Notes: a model not told the origin generated them from the letters alone. A stretch of 64,000 nucleotides of DNA from Octopus vulgaris (GCA_951406725.2 OX597821.1:19716001-19780000); one strand, 5' to 3'. Positions 41,361 through 54,911 are shown, counted from the stretch's first letter. Made by a program: numbers and translations.

Positions 41361-44057
41361 AAGGGACACATGAGCGAACAAAATTTTACAATTGTGGGGA
41401 ATGGTAGTAGAAAAGAAAGACAATAAAAAACAAACCTATTCAAAGACAAGCTTCCGTTACATTCACACACAAACATTCGGTTTTCACTGCATCTCGTTAG
41501 TTGCCTCTCACATTCATTCACTTTCGCCAGCTAATTGTTTTAGAATTTCATTATTTATTTATTTTTTTTTTGTGTGTTCTTCAAAGTAACCGTTACACAT
41601 ACATTGTCACTATCTACACATATGAAGAGAGAGAAGGGAAACAAAACGTATCACTTATAGAAGAATGAGAATTAAACAAGGAGAGAAAGAAGACAAAACA
41701 TGTCGGAAATATAACTCGTTCGAGTAGAAAAATGATGGCAGAAAAAATACTGAAATATCAATGAGAAAACTCGAAGAATCAACTTGTTTACGGCTCAATT
41801 GATGCATAATGATATTTTTTCCACATTCAAACAGATATCTTTGAAAAACATATACATTCATATATGCACCACATATGCTTATAGAATACACAGAAATGTT
41901 TTACGGTATGTGTGTGTCAAAATATACTTCTATGTAAAGGAATATATTCTTATGGAGACACAAAAACTATTCAATACACGCATTGCCGTACGCAAACTCA
42001 AACAGTACTGCTATCACACAAACAGTACTGCTATGTGTGTGTGTGTATGTGTGTGTATGTGTGTGTGCTTGTGTGTGTGTGTATGTGTGTGTGTGTGTTT
42101 GTTTGTACGTATATATACTTACATACATATGAAAGCTTACCTATACAGTACAAACTAGTATGATCTGGTAGATTGTACTATGCTTTTACTAATTGTTTTC
42201 GGTGCTTATGTACTCAAAAGCAAACTTAGCTTCCCAGCCCTCCCGCTTCAGTTAGTTATATATCAAAGACATTACAGCTGGAGTAAAGAGAGAGAGAGAG
42301 GAGAGGGGCAGCACATCTACTCGACTGTTACTCATTTTTCAGTTGAGCAGTCCGGAGCAATGTGAAGTAATCTGCCTGTACGAAAGACATAACGCGCCGC
42401 TACGTCGAGGAATCCAACCTACCATTTATGATGGTGAGCGAGCTCAATGTCGTGTACACAAGACCTACAAAGGTACATACATAGATAGACAGATATACGG
42501 ATTCATGCAGATATACATACATACATACATACATACATGCATGCATACATATAAATATATATATATATATACACATTCAGTTGGATTAGGTGCTTAAGTT
42601 GACGAACTAAGTCAACCCGCATTAACCAAACAGCTCGAAGTAAGGTGAATAAAATGCAAATAAGTAACAAGAATGTTCAGGTATTAGTGCGTTACGGCTG
42701 TTTCACGTGGCTTCATTTAATCGACCAATGCAAGCATTACATCAATTTGAAATACACCACTTTCCTCGGGAGCATAAGAAATAATAATTTGTTTTTCTCA
42801 TTAAGCTACCGTCCGAGCGAATAAGGGTACACACACTAAAATATATTGAAGGATTCTCATTAGTTAAGAACAATATTGCGTCTACTCATTCTAAACAGGT
42901 TCTGGTAGATGCGAATGTGAATATAGTTTCGCACATACGATTCATGGGTGCAAGGAGACGGAAAATTTGAGACATTGCAGATTACCTCTTTAGTCAAAGC
43001 TTCCTCAATGGGCGGATGAATCTTACAAAAGCGGGAGCTTTGGGGAATCGCATACAAATTCCTTGATGACTTATGCTGATGTTTGCCAAACAGATAATCA
43101 AACTGAGCATCGGGGATCGAAACAAAAACCTATTTATTGATTATAATATGTACTCCAAACTTGCCTTTCATCATTTCCTAGTCAATAAAATAAATCACTC
43201 GTCAAGTAATGGAGTCGATATCATCCAGTTATTGCTTGGATTCTTGCAGTTCTGTATGCACCCCATGCATTATGACCGATATACTTACAACGAAAATTAT
43301 GGAGGGCGAGTGTCTACAGTTTCTTAAAATAATATATGCTATAAAACCTGATATTCCTGTATTGTGAATCATCACGCAGCAACCATGCAAAAAGAGATAC
43401 TTTAAAAAATTTTAAATAGAAGAATGAGGGTGTAACTTCCCAGGTACATTGAAGCAGTCTAAAAGAAGTAAAACCGGTTTACTTGAAGGTGAATTTCATT
43501 TACCCTAATGTTAATTTGTGGTGGTTAAATTTCAAATCTGACAGAACAGATATAAGAACAACGGTATTCCAGATCACCCTGCCTTGTTTCCAGAATAGTA
43601 TGTATCCAAGAATACGGTTACGTCCTCTCGTCAACTTCACGCAAAATGTTGTTAGTGAGAATAGACGAGAGCTGGATTCAAATTAGGAAGTATTATATGA
43701 AAATAAATAGTGTAAAAATTAGATTGTCAGCATGACAAGTAATCAACTAAAAAATAATGGTGTAGATTTGGAGGCATTTCAAGGTACATGTTATCGTAGT
43801 AGAGTGTGCGCACCATTAGCTAGTATTGGATAGTTAACCTATACCACTTAGTTCAATGCACTTGTTTCGGAAATAATCACAGCATTGATGCGCCTGAAGT
43901 GTGACTATCGCTACCTCAAATATCGGAAAAGTATTCTAAAGTAGGTCTCACGTCAGTTTTCTAGAGATCCACTAACAGCAAGGATTGCAATGTTTTCTGA
44001 TATCGAAGACGTAACGTTTTTTCCTATGTACTTATGGCAAGCCCACACAGAGGTACT

Positions 44058-44360
44058 GAAGGCGCGTGCCTTAGTGGTTAGGGCATTCGACTCACAACCA
44101 TAAGGTTGTGAGTTCAATTCCAAGCGTTCAGTTCCTTGAGCAAGGCATTTTTATTTCACGTTTCTGTAGCCAACTCAGGTGGTAAAAATGAGTAGTACCT
44201 GTATTTCAAAGGGCCAGACTTGTCACACTCTGTGTCACACTGAATCCCCCTGAGAACTGCGTTAAGGGTACACGAGTCTGTGGAGTGCTCAGTCACTTGC
44301 ATTTTAATATCACGAGCTGATCAACAGGAACGGCCGTCGTCGTAACCGACGGAGTGTCAG
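44058..44360 (+). mobile_element. SINE with family-B head/core and family-C tail
   Basis: gaaggcgcgtg..ccttgagcaaggcattttt..aaatgagt (B-like) is joined to gtacctgtatttcaaagggcc..cgtcgtaaccgacggagtg (C tail). Confidence 0.8.
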
Positions 44361-44634
44361 TTACACAAGTTTCTTTTTTCGCAAGAAGCAAATACATATA
44401 TACAGTATAACTAAAGATCTAGTTCAGAGAGTGTGAGAGATGAGTATTACATGTGTTACCTAAGATTATTTGAGGTTAAGCATAGTATCTTTTTTGCCAA
44501 TTTTTATTTCCATCAGTCTGTTATTACCTTTATACCAAATCTCATATCCAACATCATCTGTTTTTCCACCAGTTTATGCTCTATTCTCATTTACCCCCTT
44601 TTCCACATTTACTTTCATTTCCTTTCTGTTTTGT

Positions 44635-44672
<38 letters not shown>

Positions 44673-44716
44673 CCTTTTTAAAAGTGTGTGGGCATGTAAC
44701 TTTGTGTAAATGCTTA

Positions 44717-44794
<78 letters not shown>

Positions 44795-44795
44795 C

Positions 44796-44826
<31 letters not shown>

Positions 44827-45032
44827 CTCTGTCTATGGACGTGCTGTCACTTCGACTCCGAAGGTAATCATTTATTTTGACTATTTATAGCCCGATTTTT
44901 GTGTAAATTTTTGTAAATAAGTTGTGTAAGGCACCCAACTTTCGTTTGAGTGCTTTTCCAAGGGAGGAATTCGCCCCTAGGGGCAGTTTCAACCCCATTT
45001 CATTTCTGTAATTTTCTTCTCGACATTAGAAA

Positions 45033-46927
45033 ATGTCTAGAAATTTTATTGTAGAACGCTGGTCGCGTTCTTTTATGGAACAACATTTTCCTAGTCTGGA
45101 AACGATAGAGAAAAAAAAGAACGTACGCACGGAAAATGCAAATATGAATATCGGTAAAACGAGCGCTGCAACCACGTGCGGTAACAGCCCTGTCACCACC
45201 GCTACCACCACCACTAACAACAGCAACCACGAGACTACTACTGCTACCACCACCACCTCCACCACCACCACCACCACCACTACCACGACCAACATAAATA
45301 ATAAAAATAAAACTCGCACGAAAACTATTGACAAAAACAACAGCAACAACAAGAACAACAATAAAAATGAACTATCTAATAGTGAAGATGTTAATACAGA
45401 AAAATCAACAACAGTAAATTTCGCGGACACTCTTCGCCAGAAGAAAGAAATAGTAACATTCACAAATGAAGAGCTCATAGAAACTAGAGCTCTCTTTACA
45501 ACCCGTGGACAAGATTTAGTGCTGCATACACATCAACATATAAAGCAAGAAATAGAAAATAAGACAATTGTATATAAAATTATTAGAAAAAACAAAAAAC
45601 TAAATGAACAGATTACAAAAACTGATGTGGAAAAATGTTTAAAAAACATAATGAAAGAAAAAGAGTATATAAACTGGGGTCCCCAGTTTAACACAGTAGT
45701 GGTCCGCTTCCCTAACCAGGAAGTGGCAAAAGCTCACTCTACTGAGTCTCTGGGAAATGATGAAATCATCATGGTCCCATACTACAAAAACCAGAGAGTG
45801 AGTCGAATCACAATTAAAAATGTACCTCCCGAGCTTCCTAACAAATGGATAACAGGGGCAATCTGTTACCATTTAAAAAATATTAATATTTTAGAGACCG
45901 CCGTGTACCCTGGCGACATTTGGGGTGGGAAAACAATAGTGGTGACCATCCAGATTGAGAGGGCCTCTATCGAGAGCCTACCGGATAAGATCCACTTGGA
46001 GAATGGGCAATGCCTATATGTTGTGGCAGAAGGCAAAAAGCCTAGATGCTACAAATGTGGCAGCCCCGAACATTTGATTGCCAAGTACGATCTGGTACAG
46101 AAAAAACAAGAAAGAACAAATCAGAAAACAAATAAAATCCCTTTGTTGCCAACACCAACACCAACACACTCAATTATAGAACAATGCCAAGAAAAACAAC
46201 AAACCAACGAACAAACCGCAACAACATCACCAAGAAAAGAAACAGTACCAACACAATCACCGTTGATTTCACAACCAATTAAACCTGTTGAATTAACAAA
46301 AAAATAGACCCACACCCACACCCAGGACGACAATTAAAAAGACAGAAAACAGTGACGAGAAGACAAATGCTACCCCTAACACCACAACAACACAAACACC
46401 GCACAAAACATCAACAATTTATACAAGCATACATAGTAATGCAAATGTTTTGCCTCTACCCCATACTGATACGTCGGACGACGAAAGTTCGACGGAATGG
46501 CAAATAACCACAGGGGGTAAAAGAGAAAGATCCAAAAAATCCACCAAACAAGGAAGTAAAGCAGGGAGATATCTAACTCAGGACAACACCCCCCCTAGAC
46601 AATCAAAAAAGTAATGAACCCGTAAAACCACACACACAACTAACTGCAATAGACACATACAATAAAGAATTAATGGACTACATCAAATCTAACACGGTCA
46701 TCTGTGAAGATGACTTTAAGACAAACAATCATCCGCACACCACACCAACGAAACACATCAGAATTTTACACATAACACAAGCACAACACCACATACTGAA
46801 AACAATATTTCCGAATGCGGTAGGCGGGTATCAACGATACCTGTCGAAAAAACTATACAAACACCTCATCAAAAACAATACAAAAGAAGAAGAAGAAAAA
46901 AATGAAACTTTTAAAATGAGTAAGTGA
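45033..46927 (+). pseudogene. Tx1 ORF1 (gag-like nucleic-acid-binding protein), disrupted
   Basis: 424-aa frame 45033-46307 containing an RRM-like segment (RITIKNVPPEL) and the knuckle CYKCGSPEHLIAKY with the last Cys lost. It continues past stops to 46927. Confidence 0.8.
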
Positions 46928-46984
46928 CCTCACATCTTGCCTCTTGTCTCTTCTAATATAGTGTGTAAAACACAATTTTCGTAA

Positions 46985-49621
46985 ATGTCAAGTATGCTTA
47001 AATTAGGTTGTGTGAATGCGCGTGGCTTGGCGTCGGCTTGGAAGCAAGGTTACCTTCTAAACGACATCAAGTCACTGGACGTGGATATAGTAGCTATCAG
47101 TGAAACCAGACTCAGTAAGCCACGGGCCCTCGAGTCCATGTTTGACAATCAATTTGACATTTATTTTTCTCCCTGTCTGCCGAACATGGTTGGTGGAGGT
47201 ACTGCGGTGCTTTTTCGAAAGAGTCTAAAGGTAAAAGTAAGAGCAATATTCCTAGACCCGGAGAGTAGGCTGGTTGTCTTGGACGTGGATGGCAGAAATG
47301 GGTGTGCATTCCGTCTGATGGCAGTTCATGCACCGTCCTTAACGGGTCGGGCGGATTTCTTCAGACGTCTAGAGGTTTTCCTGGGTACGTCTAGACCTTT
47401 ACTGTTAGTAGGGGATTGGAACGCTACCTTGGACACGCATCTAGATTATGTGGGAAGGGATAGGAATAGAAGGGGGTGTAAGAGCCTCAAAGACCTGCTC
47501 AGACGTTTCCATTTGTCTGACAGGTTCCGACTCGACCATCCGAACGTGCCAACGTGGACTTGGACAAACCGCGTCGGATCGTCGAGATCTTATCTAGATA
47601 GAATTCTATGCAGGACAGCGGATAGGGATAGTGTAGGATGTCCACAATTTAAAATAGTCAGCTACACAGATCACAAACTTGTTACGTGTACGCTCGACTT
47701 AGATAAAACACATAGGCAGGGTCCCAGTTACTGGAAACTGAACACGTCGCTGTTAGCGCGACAGGTTTACAGGAACCGGATTAGCGAGTTAATTAAGAGG
47801 GCGCTGATGGGAGCGGTCGTTAACGACCGCTGGTAGTACGCCCTGAAAATGGCAATAAAATCGGAATCAATTAGGTTTAGCAAGGAATTAGCGATAGAAC
47901 GAAATAGAGTAGAAGGAGACTTAGTTAAGAAACTAGAAGAAGCACTTACCACTGACAGCGCAACCAACGTGCTGGCTGCGAGGATGGCCCTCGACCAACA
48001 CCTCAACGCCAAGCACGAAGGTTGCGTCGTCAGAGCTAAAATGCGTGCCTTAAGGAACGAAGGGATTGAAGCTGCGCGAGGTAGCGGAGGTAGCGGAGGT
48101 GCAGCGTGGCAACAGATCCACCATTCGGTCTCTAATAGATCAACAGGGATGCAGTTTACTCGAACCCGAAAGGATGTGTGAGGCCTTTCAACAGCACTTT
48201 GCTCGACTGTTTGGTGCGAGTGGTGGGTCGGAACGCGGGATGGATTTCAGTGCCTACCTGACCGACCTACCGCGGCTCTCGGCAAGAGAAGCGGAGTGTT
48301 GTGAAAGTCCCATCACAGCCGCTGACGTGTGGGATGCGATGGCGGGCTGCGCGAGGGATAAGTCGCCTGGATTGGATGGTTTACCCTACGAGCTGTATTG
48401 TCGAATGCCAGACTTGTTTGGCGACCTCTTGGCATCAGTCTACTGCAACTGGCAACAAAACGGGAGAATCCCCGGTTTCGTGAGCCAAGGTGCAGTGACG
48501 TTGCTGAAGAAAGACTCAAACAAGGGGAATTTTATAGATAATTTCAGGCCCATCACTCTGCTCAACGCAGATTTGAAAATTTTGGCCAAAGTAATAGCCG
48601 AGAGGTTGGCGCTTGTCATTGGTAAACTGGTCGACAGGGCGCAAACATGCGCCGTGCCGGGCAGAACCATACATGACAACCTCCATCTGATGCGCTACAT
48701 TGTGGACAGGGTAGTTAAGGATCCTGGCATGGGTGGGGCGCTGATAAATTTGGATCAGTCTAAAGCCTTCGATAGGGTCGACCATCGGTACTTGGCGGCC
48801 GTCCTCAGGGCGGCTGGCTTCGGTCCCGTCTTCAGCGGTTGGATCGCTGCCTTGTATAGCGGCATCCGATCGGTGATTCGGGTGAACGGTCACCTGTCGA
48901 AACCGTTTGACATCACGCGTTCGATCCGTCAGGGGTGTCCCCTGTCGGCGCTTCTGTATGTATTGACTCTCGAGCCGCGACTGCGGAAGCTGGCGACACT
49001 GAGGGGCATCCCACGGGAACTGGGTTGCGGGACGTGCGTGTCGGCATATGCGGACGATGTCACCGTCATAGTGTCGAGCGACAAACATCAAGATGATAGG
49101 CGAGACACTAAGAAAATACGAAACGGCAGTGCTATCGAGACGCACTACTTGTTCGAGAGAAGAGCTACAGACACGGTTCGAAAACCATCACCGGACCGAC
49201 CTGCCCGAGATGCGGTCAGAGCGACGAAACCGTTCTGCACGCACTCGTGCAGTGTCCAGATATTTCAGAGCTGTGGTCCTTCGTCGAACAGCTGTTGTCA
49301 CGTGTAGGTCAGGCTCGCCTATCGGCCGAGTCTATCGTGAATATTGTTCCACCACCTTCCTTTAAACGGGAAGGGAAAACGGTTTTCGTTACGCTGATGG
49401 CTATGGCGAAAGAATGTGTGTGGTGGACGCGTTTGAAAGGACTGCAAACAAACACCTTCCTCTCTGGTCAGTTTCTCGTCAACTTTTTCAAGTACCACTT
49501 GAAAAGGAGGATGAGAATAGAGAGGAAGGCTTTGTCGAACGAATGTTTTAATAAAAAGTGGGTAAAAGTGGCAAAAATGGTCAGTATGAAAGACGACACT
49601 ATTTTAAGCATAAATCTGTAA
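46985..49621 (+). pseudogene. Tx1 ORF2 (APE-RT-CCHC), disrupted and internally deleted
   Basis: NARGL, SET, GDWN, YLDRI, TDH; KSPGLDG, FRPITLLN, LDQSKAFDRV, IRQGCPLS, AYADD; CPRCGQSDETVLHALVQC. Stop at 47834-47836, frameshifts near 48066 and 49090, deletion near 49125. Confidence 0.9.
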
Positions 49622-49928
49622 CCAAAAGAGACAACGAGAAGTAAGGCGACTTACTCATGTGTTCTTTTTCGAATTGTCTGAGGTGACCTTGGTCTTTTTT
49701 GTAGATTTTTCTTTCCAAGGCTACACCTAAACTGTGAACCTTATATATATATATATATATATTGCTTTTTTATACACCACACAACCCACAGATCCCTATT
49801 GATCAAACGTTGGTTTTTTTTTTTGGTTTTTTTTTGCCCCACCCATCCCACCTCGAAAAGAAAAAATTCTACATTGTATTTCGTCCATTTTTATTCTGTG
49901 TTTAGCCATGTGTGGCTACAATAAAAAG

Positions 49929-49997
<69 letters not shown>

Positions 49998-50018
49998 CAT
50001 CCATCCATCCATCCATCC

Positions 50019-50082
<64 letters not shown>

Positions 50083-50094
50083 GTCCATCCATCC

Positions 50095-50158
<64 letters not shown>

Positions 50159-50240
50159 GTATATGTATACATATATCTATATATATATGTGTATATATAC
50201 ATAAATACATACATACATACATACGCACACACATATATTA

Positions 50241-51470
50241 TAGGGAGAATTCACAATAAAACAAAAGACGGAGACAGGTGGTGTAGACAACAAACAGATG
50301 TATTAGTTTAACACACGGGAAGTGAAAAAGTCTTTAAGGTTTCGAGCCTACGCTCTTCCACAGAAAGAAACAAGGAGAGAAAATAAAGAAAGTGTACTGA
50401 CTAGCGATCTATCTTGGCGAATGCCGGAGAGAGGGGCCACACAGGGGAGCTAGGAAGAAGGGTAAATAATAAAGTAGTTGTGGTCCCAGAACGAAGGTGC
50501 GCGTGCGTTTTTGAGAGCATGTATGTGCCGTTGGAAGAGGGCCGGTGACCTTGACGTGTGCGTGCGTGTATGTGTTGGTGTGTGGATGTAGGGCTGGTGA
50601 CGTTGACATGTGCATGTCTGTATGTTTAGGTGTGTGGATGTGGGGATGGGAAGTGGTCAGTGCTAGTGTGTTCGTGGGTGTGTGGTGTGATATGTGGTTG
50701 CATGGTATGGTGGTGTATTGTGTAGTGGTGTGTAGTGTGATGTGTTGGGATGTGGGGAGGCGAGAGTGGGGAAAGAAAGGTTCGGGTGTTGGTTAGGCTG
50801 AGGGTGGGGGTAGAAGTGGGTCATGTAGGAGTGGGTGTAAAGTATGGGGTGGGGATGGGATGGAATGGATAGGGAAGGTGGAGCTGAATTGTGTAGGAGA
50901 GGGGTTAAGAGTGAGGGGTGACGATGAAGAGCGAGGGGGAAGGAGAAGGTGGGTAGGAGTGAAGAGAAGAGAGAAGGAGAGTAGGAGTGAAGAGAAAGAG
51001 TCGGAGCAAGAGAGGAGCAAGAGAGGAGGGGGTGGGTGTGAGAAAGTAGGTGTGAGAGGGGAAGAGGTTAGATGACGAGGGGAGGAGTGTTGAGGAGTGT
51101 TTGCGCAAAGGAGTGAAGAGAGAAGATTAATCCCTGTTCACGGCGCAACGCGAGTCCGGATGGACCCTATGGAAGGACAATAAGAACACAGACAGGTGTT
51201 GCAAAGAGTGACCGGTAGGGCGGAAATGATGCGAGACCCGGGTGTCATTGCCAAGTCGGATGTCTCGGGTGTATTCCGCGAACCGGTCAGTCACGCGTCG
51301 TCCTGTTTGCCCGATGTATAGAGAAAGGCAGAGAGAACAGGGAGAGCCGGGAACCCATGATAGGGTCGATGATGGGTGCCTGAGAGGAGGGTGGTGTTGG
51401 AAAGGCAAGAGCAAGTGTGGTAGCGCGGGCGGGAGTAGGGGAACGAGCCGGGTTTGGAGGTTGGGTTAGA
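50241..51470 (-). mobile_element. 5'-truncated Penelope-like element (GIY-YIG remnant, 3' region, terminal repeat with hammerhead-like motif at 50331-50368)
   Basis: CSLCLSLYIGQTGRRVTDRFAEYTRDIRLGNDTRVSHHF (ORF 51127-51414) is a Penelope-type GIY-YIG segment. Its distal end matches the repeats at 3795 and 12105. Confidence 0.85.
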
Positions 51471-52307
51471 GAAGAGTGTATATACATAAATATATGTTTG
51501 TGTATGTATATGTGTGTGTACGTGCATGCCTACATAGATACATACATATTGAGAGAGGATTCATTTTCATCTGAAGACTGCAGCCGTGTTATACTCGAGC
51601 CATAGACACACACAGACACACAGATGCAAATATACTCACATAAAAGCAAAAATACGCACACATATACACCTATGCATTACATACATACCGCCATTCCTAT
51701 ATCACTATCTTTATCTCCCGTAACTTCCGTTATCTACTCTCGTTTTCCTTCTTACTGTTTCTTTACGAAAACTTATACACGTGACGTATCAGCCACACTT
51801 TCAAATTAAATTTCCCTTATTTTTTGGACACTGTCTCTCTATTTGCTTTCCTCCACTCTCTTTCTTCTTTCGTTCTTTTTTCTTCCTTTCTTTCTCTTTG
51901 GTTGCCTTTCTCACTACAATTCCTTTTCGTTTACTCCCTCCGCAACATGGCGTCCTACAACTTCGTTCCCACCATAACATACTATCAGCAAAACCAGTTA
52001 ACAATATGACACAAAACCAGCACATAACATAACGCAAAATCACCTCCCTCTAGTTACAATTTATCATCACTCACGAACACACCTAAACACAAACCTTTGT
52101 CCTTATGACCAAAGAGAAATTATTCGCAATGTTTCTATTCATATATCCACGTATATAGAACAGTGAGAAACCATTCTCTTCATATTGTAGATTATAATCA
52201 AAGACTATAGAATATTTCGCTGGAATATTAACCACAATCACGTTTCACTTGCTTTTCTTCTATATTGTGTTGTCTATTGAGGGAACTATAGAAAGAAATT
52301 TATGTGT

Positions 52308-52358
<51 letters not shown>

Positions 52359-52723
52359 TGTACACATGTATAATTGTGTGCGCATGTGTAGGATTGTACG
52401 TATAGTATGTATTTATATACATTTAAAAATACAAAGATATATATACAATCATATAAGTGCATATATGTATATATTTACATATATATAGGTCCTCATACAT
52501 ACATGCATACATACATACATACATACATACATACATACATACATACATACATACATACATACATACATACATACATACTTACATACATACATACATACAT
52601 ACACACACACATATCGGTGCGGTTAATTAATTCGTGTTTGCTGAATGTTTTTTATGCGCACATTGTGTCTTAATACATATGAATGCATCTATCTATCTAT
52701 CTGTCTATCTATCTATCTATCTG

Positions 52724-52758
<35 letters not shown>

Positions 52759-52760
52759 CT

Positions 52761-52791
<31 letters not shown>

Positions 52792-52804
52792 ACTATCTAT
52801 CTCT

Positions 52805-52884
<80 letters not shown>

Positions 52885-53337
52885 TTCTTTAAGTATGTTT
52901 GTATGCATGTATGTATCTATCTATCTATACAATTATATAAATGTGTGCCTATATTGGCATGTGTATGTGTATCGGTGTAAGCAGTCAAACGCACACGCCG
53001 TACGCATAAGCAAACTTATATACAACCCAACTTCTATATTTATGATCATACGTGATTGTCTGACACTGAATAAATATAACTGTACTTCTCTATTAATAGA
53101 AGAATATAAACGATACACTTCAGAATTATGAAAAATAAAAAAAAGAAAGAAAAAAGGAATAAAGTGAAAACACTCACATAGTCTGGCAGCAATTTATAAT
53201 ATCTTCAAGATGGAAATAATATCATTAGTCGGGTTGTATGCTTCCCCAGTTTTCCTTAGTAATAATGGCATTCTGATTTTTCTGTTTTTTGAGCAGAGAT
53301 AGCAAGACATTGTCAGAAATATAGTAGCAGTTATAAA

Positions 53338-53377
53338 ATACATGTTGCTTTCAATTTAAATTGAAAGCAACATGTAT
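53338..53377. repeat. Perfect 40-bp spacerless palindrome
   Basis: ATACATGTTGCTTTCAATTT|AAATTGAAAGCAACATGTAT. Confidence 0.95.
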
Positions 53378-54254
53378 GCTGTCCTTTAAATGGGCGACTC
53401 CAGCATTTTTATGCTTTATATTTGAAAAGTTACGTACTTTGGGGGAGTGTAATCCTGCAAAGTAAAACATACGTCCTGTTTCGATTCTTCTTTCTACTTT
53501 TCTTAGTTAACCACTAAACTAATTAACCACAATCTTTTAACTAATTATAATTTTCTGCAATTTACCGAGTTATAAACCATAAAATATAGTACCAACGCGA
53601 ATAATTTTATTAGCAAAATGATCCATCCAAAACACAACAGCTTCAATACACGATTTTATATAAGGCGTCTTGCAAGGGGAATACAAAGATTTCTGATTAT
53701 TTGTGAGTTTTCCCACTTCCCCAAAAGGTATTGAGTAATCACACACAGGACTTGCTTCAATGTATGGTCTAGAGACAAAAATACATTCTAGAGGCGAGCT
53801 GGCAGAATCATTAACATGCCGGAAGAGGTCGACTTACCCTTCCTTCTGTTCTGGGCTCATAACATAAATACGAGTCGAGCACTAATGTTTACGTAATACT
53901 TTGCCCAAAGTTGATGGCTTTGTGCCCAAATTCAAAAGCAATTATACGTTTTAAAATTTAATAAACTGCACATCGGTTTAAGTGACCAGGTAACAGATCT
54001 TGTTGAAGTGCCTTCTCATATGTACAATATCAGTACCCATTACATGTATGTATATAGAGCATAACTAAAACTTTGAGTATTCAAATCTACCTAGGTGTCC
54101 ATAACTGATGATTGATCAACTTCTGTCCAATGATGTGGCTATAGCCAGTTCACTCAAATATATAATATATACTCATCTGCCGTACATGACTATTGAGTAC
54201 TCATTCGATTGAACTGTGAACTTCCTACAGTGGGAATAATCGCAATATATAACT

Positions 54255-54911
54255 CAGTCGTCTTCAACCGTTTCTTTTTGTCATGGACCTCTTTGAGTCC
54301 TATTTCACTCGAGTGGACCGCATAGTCATTCGATGGTTTAAAAAATCCTATTGTACTTTTAGAATTATACTTTACTAAGACTTACATGAAAATAAATCAT
54401 TAAAATATTTAGTGCATTGTAGATGTATAACCAATTTATGGCACATAATTTTTAACAACAGAATTTTATATGAACCCCCAAGGATCATGGATGGAAGCAC
54501 TCCGTCGGTTACGACGAGGAGGGTTCCGGTTGATCCGAATCAACCGAACAGCCTGCTCGTGAAATGAACGTGTAAGTGGCTGAGCACTCCACAGACACGT
54601 GTACCCTTAACGTAGTTCTCGGGGATATTCAGCGTGGTACAGAGAGTGACAAGGCCGGCCCTTTGAAATACAGGTACAACAGAAACAGGAAGTAAGAGTA
54701 AGAGAAAGCTGTGGTGAAAGAGTACAGCAGGGATCACTATCATCCCCTGTCGGAGACTCGTGGAGCTTTAGGTGTTTTCGCTCAATAAACACTCACAACG
54801 CCCGGTCTGGGAATTGAAACCGCGATCCTATGACCGCGAGTCTGCTGCCCTAACCACTGGGCCATTGCGCCTCCTCCCAAGGATCATATAGATACCGATT
54901 GAGAATCGCTA
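54255..54911. mobile_element. hAT (Charlie-like) MITE with 8-bp TSD, interrupted by a SINE
   Basis: TSD ATATAACT at 54247-54254 and 54912-54919. The ends CAGTCGTCTTCAACCG and CGATTGAGAATCGCTA resemble CAGTGGTTCTCAAC-type TIRs. Confidence 0.8.
54489..54874 (-). mobile_element. SINE family C, full-length, 12-bp TSD
   Basis: TSD CCCAAGGATCAT at 54477-54488 and 54876-54887. Near-identical reverse complement of 59361-59743, with a tRNA-like head. Confidence 0.92.

Larger units (their letters stand above)
44837..49929 (+). mobile_element. Near-full-length Tx1/L1-clade non-LTR retrotransposon embedded in (TATC)n
   Basis: ORF1 with zinc knuckle; ORF2 with APE, RT and CCHC; AATAAA at 49920-49925; (TATC)n directly on both sides. 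Confidence 0.92.
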
